Assembly: GCA_964494105.1 (NCBI GenBank)
Contig: CAZBQI010000003.1
Location: 21,737-85,736, forward strand
Direction of reading: 5' to 3'
Origin: an uncultured Candidatus Saccharibacteria bacterium
GTDB taxonomy: Bacteria > Patescibacteriota > Saccharimonadia > CAZBQI01
Length of the DNA stretch: 64,000 bases
A program made the position numbers and the translations under genes. The notes beneath the pieces were generated by a model, which was not told the DNA's origin, made no database searches, and was given only the letters and a program-made list of their open reading frames with translations. Of this stretch, positions 58,799 through 64,000 are shown one piece after another (the first letter of the stretch is position 1; each line of letters opens with the position of its first letter).

Positions 58799-60124
58799 AT
58801 GAGAATTTTAGATATTACAGATACGGACAAAGTTCCCTACCAAGCTACAGATGTGTGGCGGGAGGCATTTAGTCGACCGCCTTATATGGAACAATATACT
58901 CCTGCAGAGGCTCAGGATATTTTGATCGATTTAGTTGGCCAAAACGGCGATTTATTGCTTGGCCAGGTAGACGGAGAAATTATTGCTGTTGCAGGTGGTC
59001 AATTTGATGGTGAATCAACATATTGGCTAGAAGAATTAGCAGTAAAACCAGAGCTACAGGGTCGTGGTTTAGGAAGAGAAATCTTTAGAGCCCTAATTGA
59101 TCGCGCATTAAATAAAGTACCGGAAAATTTAGCTCTTCGTACCAGTACCGAAAACTCAAAGGCACTTCAGCTTTATGAGTCCGAAGGTTTTACGCCTAAT
59201 GGCAAAAAAATTGTCGTGCCAAGTCGTAGAACAGATGGGCGAATTCGCTTAGACGAAAGAGTATATTTAACCAAACCAAATCAGGAGGTAGATGTGAAGG
59301 AGCCAATAACACTAAATAGACTGGCCGTTGTCTACCCGTCGGGCAATACAACGGCTCTAGTTTTCGATCAACTACTAGATAGCAATAGGCAAGAGCTAAA
59401 CGAGGGAATAATGCAGGCATGGAAAATTGAACACCCTGAGGAATCAGAAATTGAACAATGTTGTTTTGTGACTATACCAAATGATTCACTTTCAATAGCG
59501 CGAGTGGAAATGTTCGGCGGAGAGTTTTGCGGCAATGCGACTCGTAGTGTAATTGCACTACTAACAAAAGGCCAAAACTACAGAGGCTTTATCGAAGTTT
59601 CTGGCGTGACTAAACCATTGCAATTTAAAGTTAAAGACGGAGATATAGAGCTAGAGATGCCCTTACCACCAGCGAATAAAGTATCTAAGGTAATAAATGA
59701 AGGAACGCTTGTAACTCTTGACGGAATTACTCAGCTTGTTGTTATAGATCCTGAACAGCGTGAATCGCAGACAGCTAGAGAACTTCTGGAGTCACTCTTG
59801 GCAGAAAATAAATACGGTCTAGGTGGACAGCCGGCTGTAGGAGTGAGCTACTACGATGAAGACTCAAAGAAAGCTAACTTCTGTGTTTGGGTTAAAGAGA
59901 TCAATACAATATTTGACGAGACTGCATGTGGTAGTGGCACCTGTTCGATAGGAGTGGCGGTGGCCACTAGCCAGGGTGAAGATGTCGCGCTTGAAGTTGT
60001 TCAACCTTCTGGGGAAATCATCGCTACTTCTGCAACTGTTGCTAACGGAACAGAATTAGTAACATCTTCTAAAATTTCAGGCCCTGTTAGTGTCATGTAC
60101 GATGGTAGGATGGAGATCGCATGA
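58799..60124 (+). CDS. fusion protein: N-terminal GNAT acetyltransferase plus C-terminal DapF/PhzF-fold (diaminopimelate-epimerase-like) domain
   Basis: The N-terminal ~160 aa carry a GNAT motif (LAVKPELQGRGLGREIFRALIDRA). The C-terminal ~270 aa carry two DapF-type active-site Cys motifs, FGGEFCGNATRSV (cf. MCGNGxRC) and ETACGSGTCSIGVA (cf. ETxACGTGxxA). Confidence 0.55.
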   Translation: MRILDITDTDKVPYQATDVWREAFSRPPYMEQYTPAEAQDILIDLVGQNGDLLLGQVDGEIIAVAGGQFDGESTYWLEELAVKPELQGRGLGREIFRALIDRALNKVPENLALRTSTENSKALQLYESEGFTPNGKKIVVPSRRTDGRIRLDERVYLTKPNQEVDVKEPITLNRLAVVYPSGNTTALVFDQLLDSNRQELNEGIMQAWKIEHPEESEIEQCCFVTIPNDSLSIARVEMFGGEFCGNATRSVIALLTKGQNYRGFIEVSGVTKPLQFKVKDGDIELEMPLPPANKVSKVINEGTLVTLDGITQLVVIDPEQRESQTARELLESLLAENKYGLGGQPAVGVSYYDEDSKKANFCVWVKEINTIFDETACGSGTCSIGVAVATSQGEDVALEVVQPSGEIIATSATVANGTELVTSSKISGPVSVMYDGRMEIA

Positions 60125-60807
60125 GGAAGAGTGAAATTTACTCTCTGCTCAGACGAAAAGTAGTTCAGTACAAAGATTTGGTAGATGTCGATGTTAAGGA
60201 CTGCGGAGAAGGCCTGGCGGCTATCAGAAAAACGCAGATGCTTAGTGGGCTACAGACCGATCAAGACATGGTAGATTTTACGGGCAAGAAAGTATATGTC
60301 CGACAAACAGTTTCTCGTTTGCTTTTACTAGCCGCTAAGTCATTAAGGCAGGTGGATGGGCGATTGAGCTTACAGGTTGTTTATGGCTATCGCGCAAACA
60401 GCGTGCAAAAAGCTATGTTTAGTTCGGCACTAAAACAACTTAACAAGAAATATGCTGGCGACGAGCTTTATTCCGAAGCACACAAGCTCATCGCTGTACC
60501 AGATGTAGCTGGGCACCCTACTGGCGGAGCTGTTGATATACGTATTTTAAAAAGTGGAGTACCTGTTGATATGGGGACCGAGGTCGACGCATTTAACAGC
60601 CCAGATATTTTGGTGTTCTCTCCGTTTATTTCTAAAAATGCGTGGCGCAACCGAATGCTTCTTCGTCGCGTGATGATGAATGTTGGGTTTGCGCCTTTTG
60701 ATGGCGAGTGGTGGCACTTTTGTTACGGCGATAAAGAATGGGCGAAATATTATGCCAAGCCAAATGCAATTTACGAGCAAGTCGAGTTCAGTGAAATCAG
60801 TAAGTGA
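60121..60807 (+). CDS. D-alanyl-D-alanine dipeptidase-like (VanX/DdpX, M15D) protein
   Basis: VPDVAGHPTGGAVD (SxHxxGxAxD zinc site) and FDGEWWHF (catalytic E-W-W-H), with VanX-like size. ATGA overlap with the upstream fusion gene. Confidence 0.7.
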   Translation: MRKSEIYSLLRRKVVQYKDLVDVDVKDCGEGLAAIRKTQMLSGLQTDQDMVDFTGKKVYVRQTVSRLLLLAAKSLRQVDGRLSLQVVYGYRANSVQKAMFSSALKQLNKKYAGDELYSEAHKLIAVPDVAGHPTGGAVDIRILKSGVPVDMGTEVDAFNSPDILVFSPFISKNAWRNRMLLRRVMMNVGFAPFDGEWWHFCYGDKEWAKYYAKPNAIYEQVEFSEISK

Positions 60808-60841
60808 AAACATTATCTGATACACTCAGAAGGAGAAGAAA

Positions 60842-62119
60842 ATGGCAAAGCTAAGTACACAACCATATAAGGGCGCTCGGGACTTTTACCCCGAGGATAT
60901 GCGTCTGCAGAAGTACATCTTTAACACCTGGCGAGCAGTAGCCGAACGCTACGGTTTCGAGGAATACGATGCACCACTACTTGAGCCAACAGATATGTAC
61001 CGGGCTAAAACTGGTGAGGAGATAGTAAATGACCAAACCTATAGCTTTACAGACCGCGGTGGTCGCGAAGTAACAATCCGGCCGGAAATGACACCCTCGG
61101 TAGCTCGACTAGTTGCCGCCCGCCAGCAGGAATTACCGTATCCGTTACGCTGGTATAACATAGGCACGCGTTGGCGGTACGAACGCCCGCAGCGCGGACG
61201 CTTGCGTGAATTTTACCAATTCGATGCTGATATTTTTGGTGTTGAAAGTATAGACGCCGAGTTTGAGCTGATAAAAATGGCGTCGAACATGATGAAGGCC
61301 TTTAAAGCACAGGATGACATGTTCAAAATTCGTATCAATAGCCGAAAACTATTTAGCTTGCTGATGGGTGAGTTCTTAAGTCTTGGGATTGAAGACTCGC
61401 ACAAGCTTTCAAAGTTGTTAGATCGTAAAGCTAAAATGACCGACGATGCGTTTGAGAGCCAGGCAAAAGTAATTTTAGGTGATAACACCGTGAAGCTGAT
61501 GGAGCTTATAAGTGTGAAAGACATAAATGAACTTCCTTCAAGTGTAGTCGAAAGCGGACTGGTAGAAGAGTTGCGATCGTTATTTGCCCAGCTTGAAGCA
61601 CATGAAGTTACGAATTTTGAGTTCGACCTAACTCTGATGCGCGGGTTTGATTACTATACCGGCATAGTATTTGAAATATTCGATACCAGCCCCGAAAATA
61701 ATCGCTCGTTGTTTGGTGGCGGTCGTTACGACGAGTTGACTTCAATTTTTGACGCTCCGGCAGTGCCGGCCATTGGCTTTGCTGTGTCAGACGCCGTGAT
61801 TACTAACTTTTTGGAAACTCACCAGCTGTTACCGGCTTTTCCATCAACCACGCAGGTTTATATTGCGACCGTTGGAGATTTTGACGAGCAGGCTCAGGCA
61901 TTAGCGTCAGAATTGCGCAAAGAGGGCATTAACGCGGCGGTAGACGTAACTGACCGCAAGCCAGCCACAAAGATTCGTCAGGCGGATAAGCAAGACATTG
62001 GCTTGGTAATTTTTGTAGGTGAAAATGAAATTAGTGAGGAAAAGTATACTCTCAAGAATTTAAATAGCGGTGATGAACAAAAATTGAGTGTGTCTGACCT
62101 TGCCAAGGCGATAAAATAA
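60842..62119 (+). CDS. hisS: histidine--tRNA ligase
   Basis: Class II aaRS motifs (RDFYPEDM, TIRPEMTP, GGGRYDEL) and a C-terminal anticodon-binding domain. AAGGAG RBS. Confidence 0.95.
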   Translation: MAKLSTQPYKGARDFYPEDMRLQKYIFNTWRAVAERYGFEEYDAPLLEPTDMYRAKTGEEIVNDQTYSFTDRGGREVTIRPEMTPSVARLVAARQQELPYPLRWYNIGTRWRYERPQRGRLREFYQFDADIFGVESIDAEFELIKMASNMMKAFKAQDDMFKIRINSRKLFSLLMGEFLSLGIEDSHKLSKLLDRKAKMTDDAFESQAKVILGDNTVKLMELISVKDINELPSSVVESGLVEELRSLFAQLEAHEVTNFEFDLTLMRGFDYYTGIVFEIFDTSPENNRSLFGGGRYDELTSIFDAPAVPAIGFAVSDAVITNFLETHQLLPAFPSTTQVYIATVGDFDEQAQALASELRKEGINAAVDVTDRKPATKIRQADKQDIGLVIFVGENEISEEKYTLKNLNSGDEQKLSVSDLAKAIK

Positions 62120-62178
62120 TTACTCCTGTGTAGGCCGCTTAGTTTTATTAGATTCGTATATCTGTATAATAGACAACC

Positions 62179-63456
62179 ATGAAACACGTAATTCAAAAAC
62201 AAGAAGATACCGAAGTAGTTCTAAGTGTAAATCTCGACAAAGCTGATCTAGATGTTATTGTTGATCACGTTTTCGACGAATTACGACCAAAAGTAAAAGC
62301 AGCTGGTTTCCGCCCAGGCAAAGCGCCGAATAACATTGTGGAGCGCGAGCTAGGTGCTGAGCAAGTACAGGGCGAGGTCATAGAGCACGCGGCCAGTGAA
62401 CACTACGCCAAGGCTGTAGACAAGCTAGATGTTCGCCCGTTAAGTCGGCCAAAAGTTGACCTAAAAAAATTCGTTCCGTATAGCGAGCTAGAATTTACCG
62501 CAACCGTCGAGGTAATGCCTCCAGTTAAGCTGGCTGACTACAAAAAGATCAAAAAAACTTTGCTAAAAGTAGATGTTACAGATAAAGAAATTGATGATGT
62601 AATTGAAGGCTTGCGTAGTCGGGCTGCAGAAAAGTCCGAAGTGTCGCGAGTGGCTAAAGATGGGGATGAAGCAACTATAGACTTCGCCGGTGAACTTAAT
62701 GGCAAAGCTGTGCCAGGTGCCGATGGCAAAGGCTACCCGCTACTGCTTGGTTCTGGTCGGTTTATTCCCGGCTTTGAGGATGAAATTATTGGCATGAAGC
62801 CCGAGGGCAAGAAGAGTTTTGATATCACTTTTCCCAAAGACTATGCCGAAGCTACTTTGCGAGGGAAAAAAGTAAAATTTAGCGTAACACTACGCAAGCT
62901 CAATGAACTTAAACTACCAAAAGTAGATGATGCTTTTGCCAAAACTGTTGGGCCCTTTGCAGACCTGAGCGCGCTCAAGGCCGACATAAAAAAGCAGATT
63001 ATGAACGAAAAAACCACTAAGGAACGCCAAGCACTAGAGAACGAAATATTAGACGAGATTGTAAAGAAATCAAAGTTGTCTTTGCCGGCGCGCATGGTTG
63101 AAAACCAGCTGGAACAACTAAAGGCCGACTTTGAGCGGTCGTTAAAGAGCCGCAACATTACCCGCGAAGAGTACCTAGTGCAACAGAAACAAACCGAAAA
63201 AGATTTGGCCAAGGAATTCGAGCAAGAAGCCGAGCGCCGGGTTAAGCTGTCGCTAATACTTACCGAAATCGCCCATGTCGAAAAGCTAGAAGTTACCCCC
63301 AGTGAATTTGAAATACGCATGCAACTACTGCAAGGCCAATACCAAGACCCGCAAATGCAGGCCGAGCTAGGTAAGTTAGAAGCCAGACGAGAGATTGCCA
63401 ATCAGCTATTAGCCGAAAAAACGGTGGCTAAGTTGGTGGACTACGCCACAAAGTAA
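62179..63456 (+). CDS. tig: trigger factor
   Basis: N-terminal ribosome-binding domain (GFRPGKAP), FKBP-type PPIase (DFAGELNGKAVPG...) and C-terminal arm. A TATAAT lies 8 nt upstream of the ATG. Confidence 0.9.
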   Translation: MKHVIQKQEDTEVVLSVNLDKADLDVIVDHVFDELRPKVKAAGFRPGKAPNNIVERELGAEQVQGEVIEHAASEHYAKAVDKLDVRPLSRPKVDLKKFVPYSELEFTATVEVMPPVKLADYKKIKKTLLKVDVTDKEIDDVIEGLRSRAAEKSEVSRVAKDGDEATIDFAGELNGKAVPGADGKGYPLLLGSGRFIPGFEDEIIGMKPEGKKSFDITFPKDYAEATLRGKKVKFSVTLRKLNELKLPKVDDAFAKTVGPFADLSALKADIKKQIMNEKTTKERQALENEILDEIVKKSKLSLPARMVENQLEQLKADFERSLKSRNITREEYLVQQKQTEKDLAKEFEQEAERRVKLSLILTEIAHVEKLEVTPSEFEIRMQLLQGQYQDPQMQAELGKLEARREIANQLLAEKTVAKLVDYATK

Positions 63457-63497
63457 TATTGCTGTATAAGCAAAAAGATGTTAATATAACTCTGTTT

Positions 63498-64000
63498 ATG
63501 AGTGACGTTGTTACTGTAGCTGAAGCCCCGCATTTAGATCGTGCCAACGAGCTGCTTACTGCTGAGGCGATAAGTACGATTGACCAGCTTGCCAGTCGAT
63601 TTAGCGGAGTTAATCAGTTTGATGGTCATCTTGAATCTTTGGAAGCATTAAGCGAAATATTAGAAGACCCACATAGACAAACCGAATTTTCAGAAAAACT
63701 GCCACTGACAGAAAGAACGCAACATCAGCTTGGCGAACTGGGTGAGGTGCTATTTACTGCTTCTCCCGACACTATTTATGATGCGAGCGAACCTGATTCT
63801 ACTCATACTGATGCAGCAGTTGTTGTGCGTGATGCCGCCTACGCAGTACAAAACGTACGCTCACCCATAAGATCATCAGGTTATGATGTAGTTGCGAAAA
63901 TAAGAGAGCCAATTGAGCCGGGGCTTGTTGATGCTAGTGAGGTTATCCGGATTCTTAAAGATGACTCGACGTCATACGGTGAAGTAGCTCAAGCGATTAA
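63498..64000 (+). CDS. hypothetical acidic protein (partial; continues past the window end)
   Basis: Open frame from the ATG at 63498 to the window end (167+ codons), with coding-like composition and no known motif. Confidence 0.35.
   Translation, partial: MSDVVTVAEAPHLDRANELLTAEAISTIDQLASRFSGVNQFDGHLESLEALSEILEDPHRQTEFSEKLPLTERTQHQLGELGEVLFTASPDTIYDASEPDSTHTDAAVVVRDAAYAVQNVRSPIRSSGYDVVAKIREPIEPGLVDASEVIRILKDDSTSYGEVAQAI

Noticed and set aside
58497-60807. Integrated mobile element at tRNA-Leu
   Set aside because: No integrase, recombinase, transposase or att duplication of the tRNA 3' end was seen in the window. The locus is treated as an accessory operon rather than a called mobile element.

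Overview
This is a dense, mostly housekeeping chromosomal window from a low-GC (roughly mid-40s % GC), small-genome, Gram-positive-type bacterium, with many 1-4 nt gene overlaps. Firmicutes-like synteny (rplS-rnhB-yraN, radA-yacL, YtxH cluster) suggests a Patescibacteria/Saccharibacteria-like lineage, but taxonomy cannot be fixed from sequence alone.

Confidently recognisable core genes:
- Central metabolism and repair: transketolase 3' end, class II fructose-bisphosphate aldolase, PfkB sugar kinase, uvrB, gatCAB, galU, dnaE.
- Translation and transcription: rplS-rnhB-yraN, aminopeptidase N, nusA, tyrS, rsmD, a type-II tRNA-Leu(TAG), hisS, trigger factor.
- A complete F1Fo ATP synthase operon (atpZ-B-E-F-H-A-G-D-C) on the minus strand.
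- A two-subunit ATP-citrate-lyase-like pair (aclB/aclA), clpC, an IMPase-family phosphatase, a YjjX-like ITPase, radA with a YacL-like PIN/TRAM protein, class A PBP and recG.
- No rRNA, CRISPR array, transposase or integrase was seen.

Accessory or unusual content worth follow-up:
1. A three-gene island inserted between uvrB and gatC (5960-9883): a HerA/FtsK/VirB4-type 'DUF87-like' P-loop ATPase, translationally coupled to a Cys-rich ORFan, with a convergent alpha/beta hydrolase. This is a candidate novel defence or DNA-processing module.
2. An autoregulated TrpR/YerC-like regulator whose perfect 24-bp CTAG-containing palindrome overlaps its promoter. It sits upstream of a rifampin-phosphotransferase-architecture PEP-utilising enzyme that overlaps a histidine phosphatase.
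3. A GNAT N-terminal domain fused to a DapF-like epimerase domain, overlapping a VanX-type D-Ala-D-Ala dipeptidase.
4. Acidic ORFan clusters after clpC, plus an HExxH protein next to a PhyH-like dioxygenase.
5. A recurring -10 box 7-8 nt upstream of start codons with no Shine-Dalgarno, pointing to leaderless mRNAs.

Product calls rest on motif recognition by eye; no searches were run.
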